Positions 19,478-28,934 of a stretch of 42,057 nt of DNA are shown piece after piece. The translations under genes and the position numbers were made by a program. Where the stretch lies: UHGV virus genome UHGV-0106421. One strand, 5' to 3'. The notes beneath the pieces were generated by a model, which made no database searches, was not told where the DNA came from, and saw only the letters and a program-made list of their open reading frames with translations. The stretch is from a virus. Every line of letters starts with the position of its first letter. Position 1 is the stretch's first letter.

Positions 19478-20795
19478 TCTCGATATCCTCGTCGGTAATG
19501 GATGCCCCGATGCCGGTGACGTCAGAGTTTTCGCGCAGGTCGGTCATCGCCGCCTTACGCGTCATCAATCCGTCGCCCAGCGCGGTACTGATCGCGTTGG
19601 TGGTGTTTACGGCCACCGTTGATCGGTCAACGTCTGACATTTGCCATAGCGGGTTAAACTCAAACGTGAAATCGTCCGGCAGCGGCTTTCCGAGTTCCGA
19701 GCGGTGCATAATGTCCAGTATCCGGCGCATCGGCAGCCGTAAGCGGCGCTCCTGCAATGAGCTCACCCGGTCGTAATAGTTGGCGAGGTCTGCATCACCA
19801 GTAGAGAAGCCTTTCGGGGATTGACCGAACAGGCGTATCAGCGGGATACCAACGGCACCGCTGATCTGCTCAGCAAACTGCGAAAGAATGTCATCCAGAC
19901 CACTAAAGCTGTACTGGTGGGTTTCGAACTTATCCCGCGAGTCCATGAGCGTCATGCCTTCATTGCTCTGGAACTGGCGGATCAGGTCGATGTTCTTCAG
20001 CAACGCTTCGAACGCTGGGCCACCAAGCGCGATAATCTCGCGCAGCTTCTCCACGCTGTAGGTGCGCAGATGCGCTTTGTAGACCAGCTGAGCCGCGCCG
20101 ACAGTGGCGCTGTCGAACGCAGTAAGCCGATCCCAGATTCGCTCTACAACCGACATTCCCCATTCGTTTTCGGTCATCTTCTGCTGGAATGGCAGCGTGA
20201 CGCCATCGAAGCGAATCAGGCGGCTGTGATGGATGCGCCAGGCAGGAATTCCCGTTGCTGTGGTCACCACATCGTAAAACTCAGGTTTGCCGAGATCCGG
20301 CCCCATATCTTTAATGCGGCGGGTCAGCACCGGGTTAATCATCCAGCGGTCGAGTGGGAGAACGCCCTTAAACTTGCCTTCTCCAATGGTTTCGAGCCTC
20401 AGCGGGGTCATTGGTGCCTGCCCCTCAATCATGATGAAACCCACCGCGCCGCCGTAGAGACGCGACCATTTCAGCACGTCGTTCAGCGCATCCCAGATTT
20501 GCAACTCATCCAGTTGTGATTCGAGAATGCCGCGATCTTTTGCATCAATTTCCGAAGTGATGCGAATGCCTTTGCGGGTCATATCATCCGGGATAGCATC
20601 GACCGCTTCTCCGATGATCCAGGACGAACGATAGGACCATTCCACCAGCATGCGGTTGCGGCTGGTGAAGTTAGCCCGGTAGGTCGATGCTGAGTGCTGG
20701 TTAGGCGTCTGCATTCCCACGCGGGCGACAAAGTTCTCATAGCCATCAGCGGTGGCCTGTGCCGTTCGCCGCGTGGCTTGCTTGTTTCGTGCCAT
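19326..20795 (-). CDS. Portal protein
   Basis: 489-aa ORF directly after the large terminase and before the F-like gene. Confidence 0.6.
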   Translation of the reverse strand: MARNKQATRRTAQATADGYENFVARVGMQTPNQHSASTYRANFTSRNRMLVEWSYRSSWIIGEAVDAIPDDMTRKGIRITSEIDAKDRGILESQLDELQIWDALNDVLKWSRLYGGAVGFIMIEGQAPMTPLRLETIGEGKFKGVLPLDRWMINPVLTRRIKDMGPDLGKPEFYDVVTTATGIPAWRIHHSRLIRFDGVTLPFQQKMTENEWGMSVVERIWDRLTAFDSATVGAAQLVYKAHLRTYSVEKLREIIALGGPAFEALLKNIDLIRQFQSNEGMTLMDSRDKFETHQYSFSGLDDILSQFAEQISGAVGIPLIRLFGQSPKGFSTGDADLANYYDRVSSLQERRLRLPMRRILDIMHRSELGKPLPDDFTFEFNPLWQMSDVDRSTVAVNTTNAISTALGDGLMTRKAAMTDLRENSDVTGIGASITDEDIENAEDEAPPGIGELGDKPPEPPGGDPISNEPTADSAGGRGYRKWSLRWFKR

Positions 20796-22417
20796 CAGGC
20801 CTGTCTCCCTAGCAGCTCCCAGATGTTCAGGGCTGAATTCATTGGCGCGTAGCTGATCATCACCGAGTCGGCAAGGTTTGGCGACCGGGTTCCATCAGGC
20901 TGTTTATCAATAACGATTTTTCCCACACCATTAATGGAATAGGTCGGCTGCGAAAGCTCGATGATGAGTTTATCTTTGAGTGCCATGCTACTGCTGATTG
21001 AGATGATTTCGTCCGGGGTGTAAGCCATACCTTCAACCACGGCGCGCCAGGTATTCTGAAAAAGTTTACGTAACCGCCACCAGCTCTGGGCCTTGGCGTT
21101 GGCGAAGAAGTCCTTGTTCAGGCGTGCGGCCTGTCCGTTGTCCCCGCGCACCGCTTCGTCGTCCGGATCAAACACCGCGCCGCTACCGCGAAACGGTGTA
21201 GCGAGTATTGACGGTCGACGCGCAGCGTTACGCTGTTCGTTGATAGCGCGTGCATCGCCGCGAACGCCAGCACCCAGCCCGTCCTCATCAAAGCGAAACT
21301 CTTCGAGGTTGTCATGTTCGCAAAAACCGAAGACCTTCTCGACGGACTGATAAATGTCGCTGCCCACACCAGACCATTCCCGCACATTTTCCAGGAGGAA
21401 GCCATGACGGGTGGAAAAGGCATTTTTGTCCCTGCCTTCGTCGGCGACATCCATCGCGCCAAGTCGTTTGCCTGTTGGCTGGATCCCCAGTTTGATATGT
21501 GCATCAACGGCAGCCTGTACCCATTCGGATGGAATCAGGACGCCTTCCGCTGATGCGCTGTAGTTCAGATCAAGTTCCTGTGCCACCACCACCGGATTAT
21601 CGATTTTCTCGCATTCCCTGCGATACCACTCTTCATCCTTGCGAGGATCATCCCGCCAGTGGAATGTGAATACCGGTATCTTCCCGCCGTGACGCTTCTG
21701 CGCGAACGGGTTCGCCATGCCGTTAACCGAACTCAGGTCGATACGGCAACGCGTCGTTTGTGACAACGCCGCATCAATCAGCAGAGGACGCTGAAGGAAT
21801 GCAGCCTCATCAACCAGATAAAGCGTGGTACGGTCACCACGACCAATATTATCGCCAGCCTCGCCTTTGATAACGGCACCAGTTTCAGGAAACTCAACAC
21901 GCATATATGGCGCGTGCTTCTTCTCGCTCCACGAACCGCGAAACTCTACAGGTAGTGTCTCCACGAACTTGCGCGCCTTCCAGAACAATGCTTTCGGGTC
22001 ACCGGTGCTGTCGACGTATTCCTCTTTACGGGAGCCGAAACCGATAACCATTTCTTTGTTGAAGAGACAAAGCGAGCAGGCCAGTCCGATCGCGGTCCAA
22101 CTGAGCCCCATTTCACGGGATTTTTCGGTAATACCATTCTCCCGATTACTCCAGCGTTCCATAATCCAGTGGATCCACTCCTCCTGCTTAGGGAAGAGTA
22201 AAAACGGAATGGTCACCGGCAGGCCATAATCAATATTACGCGGGTCCGTTGTCATGCCCCAGTCGATGATGAACTGAGCCGGATTGGTTCGGTAAAACTG
22301 TTTTAGTGCTGGCAATATTTCAGGGTTCTGGCGAATGCGCTGTAAGCGTTCCATCCGCCATTCAAAAACCATCTGGTAATCAGGATGTTTAAAATCGAAG
22401 GGAAATGGTAACGGCAT
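20795..22417 (-). CDS. Terminase large subunit
   Basis: 540-aa ORF after the small terminase; ATPase/nuclease-sized, with a Walker-like region. Confidence 0.8.
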   Translation of the reverse strand: MPLPFPFDFKHPDYQMVFEWRMERLQRIRQNPEILPALKQFYRTNPAQFIIDWGMTTDPRNIDYGLPVTIPFLLFPKQEEWIHWIMERWSNRENGITEKSREMGLSWTAIGLACSLCLFNKEMVIGFGSRKEEYVDSTGDPKALFWKARKFVETLPVEFRGSWSEKKHAPYMRVEFPETGAVIKGEAGDNIGRGDRTTLYLVDEAAFLQRPLLIDAALSQTTRCRIDLSSVNGMANPFAQKRHGGKIPVFTFHWRDDPRKDEEWYRRECEKIDNPVVVAQELDLNYSASAEGVLIPSEWVQAAVDAHIKLGIQPTGKRLGAMDVADEGRDKNAFSTRHGFLLENVREWSGVGSDIYQSVEKVFGFCEHDNLEEFRFDEDGLGAGVRGDARAINEQRNAARRPSILATPFRGSGAVFDPDDEAVRGDNGQAARLNKDFFANAKAQSWWRLRKLFQNTWRAVVEGMAYTPDEIISISSSMALKDKLIIELSQPTYSINGVGKIVIDKQPDGTRSPNLADSVMISYAPMNSALNIWELLGRQA

Positions 22418-22419
22418 AC

Positions 22420-22971
22420 TTAGCCCATCATTTTTTTATACGCTTCTGCAGCCTGCTCCGGCGTTAAGTTGGTAATTTCTGTTCTGACTGGTCCTCCGTC
22501 AGCACCAGTCACTTCATTTTTGACATTGTCTTTAAACGCCTGAACAGAAACATGACGCCCGAGCAACTCAAGGTTTTTAACCTTATCAGGCCATTTGATT
22601 TTCTTCAGAAGTGCGGCGCTATCTGCGGATACCATCTCCACGACATCCATTCCTGATAGCGTTGTGCGCCATACCTTAGGCCAGTCTTTGATGGGTTTTA
22701 GCTCACCGTTTTGCAGGAGAATGTCAAGCACATCCATCTGGTCGATTTCAATAAGGCGATTAAGTACATATTCTGCATTAATACCAACAAGATCATTGCG
22801 TTGCGCTTTCAGTTCGGCGATTCTTAACTTGATGTCAGGTTTTGACAGGTTTTCGGATGCGGTACGGTTAGCTGTCTTTGCGCTGTACCCCGCCCGAATA
22901 GCCGCTTGCGTGGCGTTTAAATCGATGAGGTACTCGCGACAGAACATTTCTTGCTTGTCGGTGAGTGCCAT
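22420..22971 (-). CDS. Terminase small subunit
   Basis: 183-aa ORF starting [30 protein letters not shown], the conserved N-terminus of P27-type small terminases. Confidence 0.7.
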   Translation of the reverse strand: MALTDKQEMFCREYLIDLNATQAAIRAGYSAKTANRTASENLSKPDIKLRIAELKAQRNDLVGINAEYVLNRLIEIDQMDVLDILLQNGELKPIKDWPKVWRTTLSGMDVVEMVSADSAALLKKIKWPDKVKNLELLGRHVSVQAFKDNVKNEVTGADGGPVRTEITNLTPEQAAEAYKKMMG

Positions 22972-22994
22972 TTTTTGTTGCCGTAAGAGTTTAT

Positions 22995-23531
22995 ATGACT
23001 ATCTATTACACAGTAGACCGTGCTGGTCATCATGGCATGCCAAACCCGCTTTCCACTGGCTTAGTGATTACAGCATCGGAGAGCTTCAACCATTTGCCTC
23101 CCAATATTGCTACGCATCTGGCAGCGTTGCTACCAGGTAATTACTCTCGTCATGGAAAGCAATATTTGATTGATGACACTGCAATGACTGCTCACGCAGG
23201 ATATCCAATGGAGATAATACTTGAGTTGATTAGACAAAGAGATTATTCAACCAAACCATCAAGGTTAAAATCTGCATTTGGCTGCTTATCCCTATCAGAT
23301 GCAGATTCCTTTAGAAAGCTAGACAACAGGTTTGTTAACGCCCCCATTTTTGAGATTTCGCCATCAACTCAACAAGCTCATGTTGCAGATATGCACCTGT
23401 TGAATATCGCTTGCCCAGCCCATGAATATCTCAACAGATGCCATCTTTATTGGCAGGGACTGCCCGGGCAAAACCCTTTTTGGGAAGCAGTTATTCCATT
23501 ACCAGCAACAATAGGAAATCAAGTGGCTTGA
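22995..23531 (+). CDS. Opposite-strand moron of unknown function at the lambda bor position
   Basis: 178-aa ORF from ATG 22995 with AAGAG 5 nt upstream; no signal peptide; AT-rich by eye; antisense to the late operon between Rz and terS. Confidence 0.45.
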   Translation: MTIYYTVDRAGHHGMPNPLSTGLVITASESFNHLPPNIATHLAALLPGNYSRHGKQYLIDDTAMTAHAGYPMEIILELIRQRDYSTKPSRLKSAFGCLSLSDADSFRKLDNRFVNAPIFEISPSTQQAHVADMHLLNIACPAHEYLNRCHLYWQGLPGQNPFWEAVIPLPATIGNQVA

Positions 23532-23928
23532 TATAGAGTAGGCTCGTTAAGTTGATCCAATGACCTTTCAGCCCAATTTACTTATTCGTTACTCTGTTGC
23601 TTGGCCTGCCTTGCTTATTTTTACATACCCGGAATCACGGGTATGTAGAATTTTCGATGGTTCACCTGAATAAACCTCATCCAGAGCTCTAACGTATTCG
23701 AGAGTTTCAGCGTTGGATAACCAGTGATCCAGACGCTTACCGAACCGTTTGCAATATCAGTGTCATTTGAAGCGGATAGCTTCACCTTTGTAATTCAGTG
23801 GAACGATATTCATAACGTTTACCTACTCTTTGAAATGAACCTTTGCCGCACAGGAAACCAGCTCACCGAGGCTCGCCAGCACTAACTGGTATCCTCAAAG
23901 GCCCATTCCAAAGGGGCAGGTTCGGTGT

Positions 23929-23983
23929 AAAAAACATGCGTTGCGGTACGCATTTATTGCAAAAAGCCCCGCATCGCGAGGCT
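23929..23983 (-). terminator. Tandem rho-independent terminator hairpins downstream of Rz/Rz1
   Basis: agcctcgcgatgcggggct followed by TTTTT, then atgcgt-accgca-acgcat followed by gTTTTTT (minus-strand reading). Confidence 0.5.
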
Positions 23984-24014
23984 CATTAAATTGACTTTGT
24001 GATTTGCAAAAAAA

Positions 24015-24476
24015 TTATTTCAGGCATTGCGTCCTGATGTACTCTTGCAGGTAGTTAACCTGCGCGGTTATCCTGTCGATTCCACTTCGGAGACGGTAAT
24101 AATTGAGTTCAGCATCTGCTGTAAGTCTTGGGCTTTCTCCATCGCCCATGCTGCTGGCTCCGGTCGTTGACTTTGCACAGGTGGCGGCGACTTGCAGGCG
24201 CTTACGACCAGCAGAAACATCAGCACGGAGACTTTCGATAGTCGCGTTAGCATCAGCAAGCTCCTTTGTATATCTGGCATCGAGTTCTGCTACGTCACGT
24301 TGACGCTTCTGCATATCAGAGATCGTCGCCATAGCCGAATCTAATGCCATAGCGTTTTCGTCGCGCTGTTTTTTGTATTCAATGGCTTTATTGTGGTAAT
24401 GATTAGCTGACCAGACGAGAGAACCGAATAAAGTCAGGAGGAAAGCAGAAATAACCAGCTTATAGCGAAGTTTCAT
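24015..24476 (-). CDS. Rz: Rz i-spanin (lambda Rz-like)
   Basis: From the internal Met ([14 protein letters not shown]) gives 153 aa with N-terminal TM helix and coiled-coil periplasmic domain; close to lambda Rz as recalled. Confidence 0.75.
   Translation of the reverse strand: MKLRYKLVISAFLLTLFGSLVWSANHYHNKAIEYKKQRDENAMALDSAMATISDMQKRQRDVAELDARYTKELADANATIESLRADVSAGRKRLQVAATCAKSTTGASSMGDGESPRLTADAELNYYRLRSGIDRITAQVNYLQEYIRTQCLK
24068..24253 (-). CDS. Rz1: Rz1 o-spanin lipoprotein, embedded out of frame inside Rz
   Basis: +1-frame ORF inside Rz; lipobox VVSAC; Pro-rich segment (KSPPPVQSQRPEPAAW), as in lambda Rz1. Confidence 0.6.
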   Translation of the reverse strand: MLTRLSKVSVLMFLLVVSACKSPPPVQSQRPEPAAWAMEKAQDLQQMLNSIITVSEVESTG

Positions 24477-24936
24477 TAACCACCCCGCCAGCTTCTTTGA
24501 ATTTGGCAATCAGACTATCGATCTTGTGTTCATACTGACCGTAGCCAGCACCGGGCAATGAAGCCCAAATATTGCTGCAACGATCAATAGCCTGACGAAT
24601 ATCACCCCGATCAATCATCGGTAAAGCGCCACGCTCCTTAATCTGCTGCAATGCAACAGCATCCTGGCTTTTAGGAGAGAAGTCTTTCAGGCCAAGCTGC
24701 TTACGGTAGGCATCCCACCAACGGGAAAGAAGCTGATAGCGACCGGCTGCTGTTGATTTGAGTTTTGGGTTTAGCGTGACAAGTTTGCGAGGGTGATCTG
24801 AGTAATCAGTGAATAGCTCTCCGCCAACAATGACGTCATAACCATGATTTCTGGTTTTCTGACGTCCGTTATCAGTTCCCTCTGACCATGCCAGCATATC
24901 GAGGAACGCCTTACGTTGATTATTGATTTCCACCAT
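24460..24936 (-). CDS. R: Endolysin, lytic transglycosylase (lambda R-like)
   Basis: 158-aa ORF starting [45 protein letters not shown], near-identical to lambda R as recalled. Confidence 0.9.
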   Translation of the reverse strand: MVEINNQRKAFLDMLAWSEGTDNGRQKTRNHGYDVIVGGELFTDYSDHPRKLVTLNPKLKSTAAGRYQLLSRWWDAYRKQLGLKDFSPKSQDAVALQQIKERGALPMIDRGDIRQAIDRCSNIWASLPGAGYGQYEHKIDSLIAKFKEAGGVVNETSL

Positions 24937-25243
24937 CTTCTACTCCGGCTTTTTTAGCAGCGAAGCGTTTGATAAGCGAACCAATCGAGTCAGTACCGAT
25001 GTAGCCGATAAACACGCTCGTTATATAAGCGAGATTGCTACTTAGTCCGGCGAAGCCGAGAAGGTCACGAATGAACCAGGCGATAATGGCGCACATCGTT
25101 GCGTCGATTACTGTTTTTGTAAACGCACCGCCATTATATCTGCCGCGAAGGTACGCCATTGCAAACGCAAGGATTGCCCCGATGCCTTGTTCCTTTGCCG
25201 CGAGAATGGCGGCTAACAGGTCATGTTTTTCTGGCATCTTCAT
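24920..25243 (-). CDS. S: Class I holin with dual-start motif (lambda S-like)
   Basis: 107-aa ORF starting [34 protein letters not shown]; Met1-Lys2-Met3 dual start (ATG 25243 and ATG 25237); near-identical to lambda S as recalled. Confidence 0.9.
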   Translation of the reverse strand: MKMPEKHDLLAAILAAKEQGIGAILAFAMAYLRGRYNGGAFTKTVIDATMCAIIAWFIRDLLGFAGLSSNLAYITSVFIGYIGTDSIGSLIKRFAAKKAGVEDGGNQ

Positions 25244-25249
25244 GTCTTA

Positions 25250-25263
25250 CCCCCAATAAGGGG
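25250..25263 (-). promoter_or_regulatory. sdi-like stem-loop in the S 5' leader
   Basis: cccc-ttatt-gggg hairpin a few nt upstream of the S dual start, as in lambda. Confidence 0.5.
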
Positions 25264-25707
25264 ATTTGCTCTATTTAATTAGGAATAAGGTCGATTACTG
25301 ATAGAACAAATCCAGGCTACTGTGTTTAGTAATCAGATTTGTTCGTGACCGATATGCACGGGCAAAACGGCAGGAGGTTGTTAGCGCAGCCTCTTGCCAC
25401 CCGCTTTCACGAAGGTCATGTGTAGAAGGCCGCAGCGTAACTATCACTGATGAATTCAGGATAGCCAGAGGCTACGGCTCAGTTTGGGGTGTGCTGTTGC
25501 TGGGCGGCGATGACGCCTGTACGCATTTGGTGATCCGGTTCTGCTTCCGGTATTCGCTTAATTAAGCACAACGGAAAGAGCACTGGCTAACCAGGCGCGC
25601 CGACTCTTCACGATTATCGACTCAATGCTCTTACCTGTTGTGCAAATAAAAAAAAGCCACCGTTGCAACTTAAGAGTCACTAACGGCAGCTTACCCTCTA
25701 ATTATGG

Positions 25708-26226
25708 CTAAATGGCTAATTGCATGTCAAGGCTTTTAACAGCAACATGCTTAACTTTCTCAACACGTTTACGCATTTTGAAAGCATTTTGCATTGGCTG
25801 GTATAAAACAAATAATGACGCTTTCAGGATGTCGTCAATTTCGTTTCTACAGGTTGCCAGTGAAGGTTTTCTCCATCCCTCGCCACCACGTCCACACATC
25901 TTGCGTGGCTTTGCAGTCGCGTGATAGTAGGATGCAATTGCTCGCTTAGATGAACCATGAGCGTAGTAGCTGAGGAGGATGCCAAAGGCTTTCTTGTCAA
26001 TGTACATGACGGAATCGACGACCTGAGAAATCAACATTCCATCATCATCATTGCACATTGGCCTTGTCATAACTCTTCCCGGCTCTACGCTCTCCATGAA
26101 CTTCGCTATTACGCTGCTCATGCGCTTTTCCAGACGACCTGAATAAACCCATGCGCCCCACAGTTCAAGCCAGCCATTCAGCCACTCGTGCTGCTCTTTG
26201 GTGAGGTTTAGTTCTCTTATGCTCAT
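25708..26226 (-). CDS. Q: Late-gene antiterminator Q (non-lambda Q family)
   Basis: 172-aa ORF immediately upstream of the lysis cassette, with WLELWGAW and Cys/Asp-rich motifs seen in Q-like antiterminators of the phage 82/21 type. Confidence 0.55.
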   Translation of the reverse strand: MSIRELNLTKEQHEWLNGWLELWGAWVYSGRLEKRMSSVIAKFMESVEPGRVMTRPMCNDDDGMLISQVVDSVMYIDKKAFGILLSYYAHGSSKRAIASYYHATAKPRKMCGRGGEGWRKPSLATCRNEIDDILKASLFVLYQPMQNAFKMRKRVEKVKHVAVKSLDMQLAI

Positions 26227-26411
26227 CGTCTTCCCCTCTTGCCCTGTTTGACCATCAGGACGCCGTTAACTATTACGTGAAGCTCGCCTTTGCTGTCTCG
26301 GTTGTACTTGAGCACTGTTCCTCTTGCGCAGGAAAGCATCCTCGCCACTTCGGTCTGATTGCCTCGTGTCTGGATAAGAAGCTCTGGTATCGTTTGAATT
26401 GTGGCGTTCAT
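26223..26411 (-). CDS. ninH: NinH-like protein
   Basis: 62-aa ORF with GNQTEVARMLSCARGTVLKY, similar to lambda NinH as recalled. Confidence 0.65.
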   Translation of the reverse strand: MNATIQTIPELLIQTRGNQTEVARMLSCARGTVLKYNRDSKGELHVIVNGVLMVKQGKRGRR

Positions 26412-26770
26412 GCGTTCTCCAGTTCGGTGATTTTTATTCCAAGCCGTCCGCCTGGTACTTTCACGCCACGAATTACGCGAATGTCATCGAATTGCTCGTC
26501 GTCTTCCGCAAATCCGGCGTGGATAAGGGAATCGAGTAAACCTTTCAGGATGTTGTCGAGGTCGCGGCGGCGGGAGTCTGGAACGTCTGCGATGACTTTG
26601 ATGCGGAGTCGTGATTTGGTGAAAATGTCTAACTTAAGTTGGCGGATGATTTGCTGAACGTCTTTTCGGTATTTCTGGCCTTTATCGCTGATGTAGTATT
26701 GGCTTCCTCGTCTTCGCCAGTAGGTGTTCACCGACGGCGGGTATGGAAGCACAAACTGATATTCGTTCAT
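26408..26770 (-). CDS. rusA: Holliday junction resolvase RusA
   Basis: 120-aa ORF with RusA motifs (PPSVNTYW, PDSRRRDLDN, GGRLGIKITE). Confidence 0.85.
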   Translation of the reverse strand: MNEYQFVLPYPPSVNTYWRRRGSQYYISDKGQKYRKDVQQIIRQLKLDIFTKSRLRIKVIADVPDSRRRDLDNILKGLLDSLIHAGFAEDDEQFDDIRVIRGVKVPGGRLGIKITELENA

Positions 26771-27057
26771 GGCTTAATCTTTCCCTCCTTCAGCAGTATC
26801 GCCTGCGTCCTGATCACGCCTTCGAGGTGGTAAAGTCTGGCGTCTTTGTTGTCGAGGTTATGGGTGCGTCGGTCGATTTCATCGTGACACGCGCTACAAG
26901 CCCATGCACCGATCAGGTCGTCAGGCTTCATTCCCGTTCCGCAAATTCCAGCCATCCGGTAATGTGCCAGAACTGTAGTTTCAGGATTACCATTGCATAC
27001 GCCGTAAATACGTACCTGGCATTCTCTGCCGCGCGCTTCTTTGCGTAGGTTAACCAT
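26767..27057 (-). CDS. YbcO-like Cys-rich nuclease (DUF1364)
   Basis: 96-aa ORF starting MVNLRKEARGRECQVRIYGVCNGNPETTVLAH with Cys/His motifs like E. coli YbcO; upstream of rusA as in DLP12-type nin regions. Confidence 0.65.
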   Translation of the reverse strand: MVNLRKEARGRECQVRIYGVCNGNPETTVLAHYRMAGICGTGMKPDDLIGAWACSACHDEIDRRTHNLDNKDARLYHLEGVIRTQAILLKEGKIKP

Positions 27058-27782
27058 TAAGCAGCCTCTCCTGTTACTTTCAGCATTCCGTTATCGAGCA
27101 GCTTTCTGGTCAGCCACTGTTGGCCACGTCCGGTGATTTTTGTAGTGAACGATATCTGTATTCCGTGATTTGTGTTGACCGCTGTTTCTTTCACTGTGAA
27201 ATAGCCGCGATCCATATATTCCTGCATTGGCACATTGCGCCGGGAACCTGAAGCAATAAGGATTTTGTGATCGCGCATCCACGCAAACAGTTTGTTTGGA
27301 CCAATTCCAACAACCTTTGCAAAGTTTCCAATCAAAATTCCACTGGCCTCGCCAACGCGATCGGCAAAATCAACTTTAGGTGCTGCGAGAGCAAGCTGTT
27401 TCTCCAGTTCAGCCTTCTGGTCTTCAAGGTCAGCCGCGAGGCGCAATGCTTCAGAGAAGGTTTGTGGGATTTTCGCGGTTGCCCCTTCAAGCTCTCGCCA
27501 GCGGTCAACAAGGCGAGCGGTGAACTCTGGCGACAACTGGGCGACGACAATAATGCTGTCTCGCTTTCCTTGTTCGCCCTCGAAGACGTAGAAATCACGC
27601 TTCCCGGTAATAACACCTAAATCATTGATTATGTTAGTGTGCTGCAATGCAGGAGGCTTGATAACGCCACGTTTCACCAATCTATCTATGGATACTTTTA
27701 CATTGCTATGGCGGCTTTCTACCAACTCAGCGATTTCAATGCTTGTCATTTTGATGGCATTGCCATTTATTAACTCATTCAT
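27057..27782 (-). CDS. Rha-family regulatory protein / antirepressor with KilA-C-like C-terminal domain
   Basis: 241-aa ORF with Rha-like N-terminus (MTSIEIAELVESRHSNVKVSIDRLVKRG); ATGA start/stop overlap with ninF. Confidence 0.55.
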   Translation of the reverse strand: MNELINGNAIKMTSIEIAELVESRHSNVKVSIDRLVKRGVIKPPALQHTNIINDLGVITGKRDFYVFEGEQGKRDSIIVVAQLSPEFTARLVDRWRELEGATAKIPQTFSEALRLAADLEDQKAELEKQLALAAPKVDFADRVGEASGILIGNFAKVVGIGPNKLFAWMRDHKILIASGSRRNVPMQEYMDRGYFTVKETAVNTNHGIQISFTTKITGRGQQWLTRKLLDNGMLKVTGEAA

Positions 27783-27945
27783 CGTCTTCTTCCTCGTACA
27801 TTGAGCTATTCGGATCGCTCATCAGTTCTGCGCAGTAATCGGAGCACACGTGAACTTCAAGCACATGCAGCTTCTGACCGCAGTTAGCGCACGTTAAAGC
27901 CCGCTCTACGCTTTCTTGTTCGTAACTTCGATTTGGGTCAATCAC
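27775..27945 (-). CDS. ninF: NinF-like protein (below the ORF-track size cutoff)
   Basis: Hand translation from GTG 27945: [56 protein letters not shown]; matches lambda NinF as recalled; GTGA overlap with ninE stop. Confidence 0.6.
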   Translation of the reverse strand: MIDPNRSYEQESVERALTCANCGQKLHVLEVHVCSDYCAELMSDPNSSMYEEEDDE

Positions 27946-28124
27946 CTTGTTTTCCTCGCACGTTCTCTAAGCCACCGGATATCCCACAGGTGAGCCGTGT
28001 AGTTGAAGGTTTTTACGTCAGATTCTTTTGGAATTGGCTTGCGTTTATTTCTGGAGCGTTTCGTTGGAAGGTAATTGCAGTTTTCGCAGATGATATCGGT
28101 GAAACTTCGTCGCTGTCGTCTCAT
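27942..28124 (-). CDS. ninE: NinE-like protein
   Basis: 60-aa [63 protein letters not shown], near-identical to lambda NinE as recalled. Confidence 0.75.
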   Translation of the reverse strand: MRRQRRSFTDIICENCNYLPTKRSRNKRKPIPKESDVKTFNYTAHLWDIRWLRERARKTR

Positions 28125-28531
28125 TCGTACCTCCTGTCGGTAAATCTGACACCCTGACCAATAGCCCAGGCTGTTGTGTACTCGATCAGACTTGCCATAC
28201 GCTTCACGCTCATCTGCGCGCTGCTTTCGCGAATGTTGACGAATTCGCCTTCAAGGCCGCGCAAAACATCAGCTTCCTGTTTTGTTGCCACTGCATGACC
28301 GCTAATCAACAAAACCTTCCACTGTTCCGGTTTTAACCATTTGCCGCACCATTGAACCTGACGAGCGATATCCGCCAGCATCGCGTGAAATTTTGCGTTC
28401 TGGTCAAGATTGCGCTTGTAGTCAGTAATGCGGATGGTGACTGGCTTGTCTTTATCGAGTGGTGTTGCGAGGATGGCATTTATTGCGGCTTGCTGTTGTT
28501 GCTTACTTCGGAGGAAGATTGTTTGCTTCAT
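28121..28531 (-). CDS. ninB: NinB/Orf recombination mediator
   Basis: Start at the internal Met (MKQTIFLRS) preceded by AGGAG at 5-nt spacing; NinB-like motifs ([25 protein letters not shown]). Confidence 0.75.
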   Translation of the reverse strand: MKQTIFLRSKQQQQAAINAILATPLDKDKPVTIRITDYKRNLDQNAKFHAMLADIARQVQWCGKWLKPEQWKVLLISGHAVATKQEADVLRGLEGEFVNIRESSAQMSVKRMASLIEYTTAWAIGQGVRFTDRRYE

Positions 28532-28533
28532 CG

Positions 28534-28722
28534 TTACTCCTTCACTTTGACTCCGGCGGCGCGAACTGCGGCCATCCAAGCCCTGTATCTCTTGTTTATT
28601 TCAACTCGTTTATACTCAATCACGCCCAAAATATTCTTGCTTCGCATTTGTCGAATGAAGTAAGCGGAGACACCAAGTTCATCAGCGCACCACTCTTCAA
28701 ATATCTCTAAGCTATCGTCCAT
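28534..28722 (-). CDS. Hypothetical small protein (ren-position cluster)
   Basis: 62-aa ORF tightly packed between ninB and the next small gene. Confidence 0.35.
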   Translation of the reverse strand: MDDSLEIFEEWCADELGVSAYFIRQMRSKNILGVIEYKRVEINKRYRAWMAAVRAAGVKVKE

Positions 28723-28733
28723 ATCAATCCCCG

Positions 28734-28934
28734 TTATGACAGGTTAATTTTCACCCAACCCTTCCCACGCACATTTGCAACAAGCCCTTTCTTTCTCAGG
28801 TATTGCATACGACGATCGATGGTTTCGATATACATTCCATTGCTCCGCCATTTAAGCCAGATATCAAAAACAGGTGTTGGTCTTTCACTCAGCATTGAAA
28901 GAATGTTTTGATCTAATTTTTCGTACTTGCTCAC
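28734..28934 (-). CDS. Hypothetical small basic protein (possible winged-helix)
   Basis: 66-aa ORF overlapping the upstream gene stop (translational coupling). Confidence 0.35.
   Translation of the reverse strand: MSKYEKLDQNILSMLSERPTPVFDIWLKWRSNGMYIETIDRRMQYLRKKGLVANVRGKGWVKINLS

Noticed and set aside
25244-25707. Possible toxin genes or tRNAs between Q and S
   Set aside because: No ORF and no tRNA-like sequence (no conserved T-arm GGTTCGA-type motif) seen; the gap is too short for a toxin operon.
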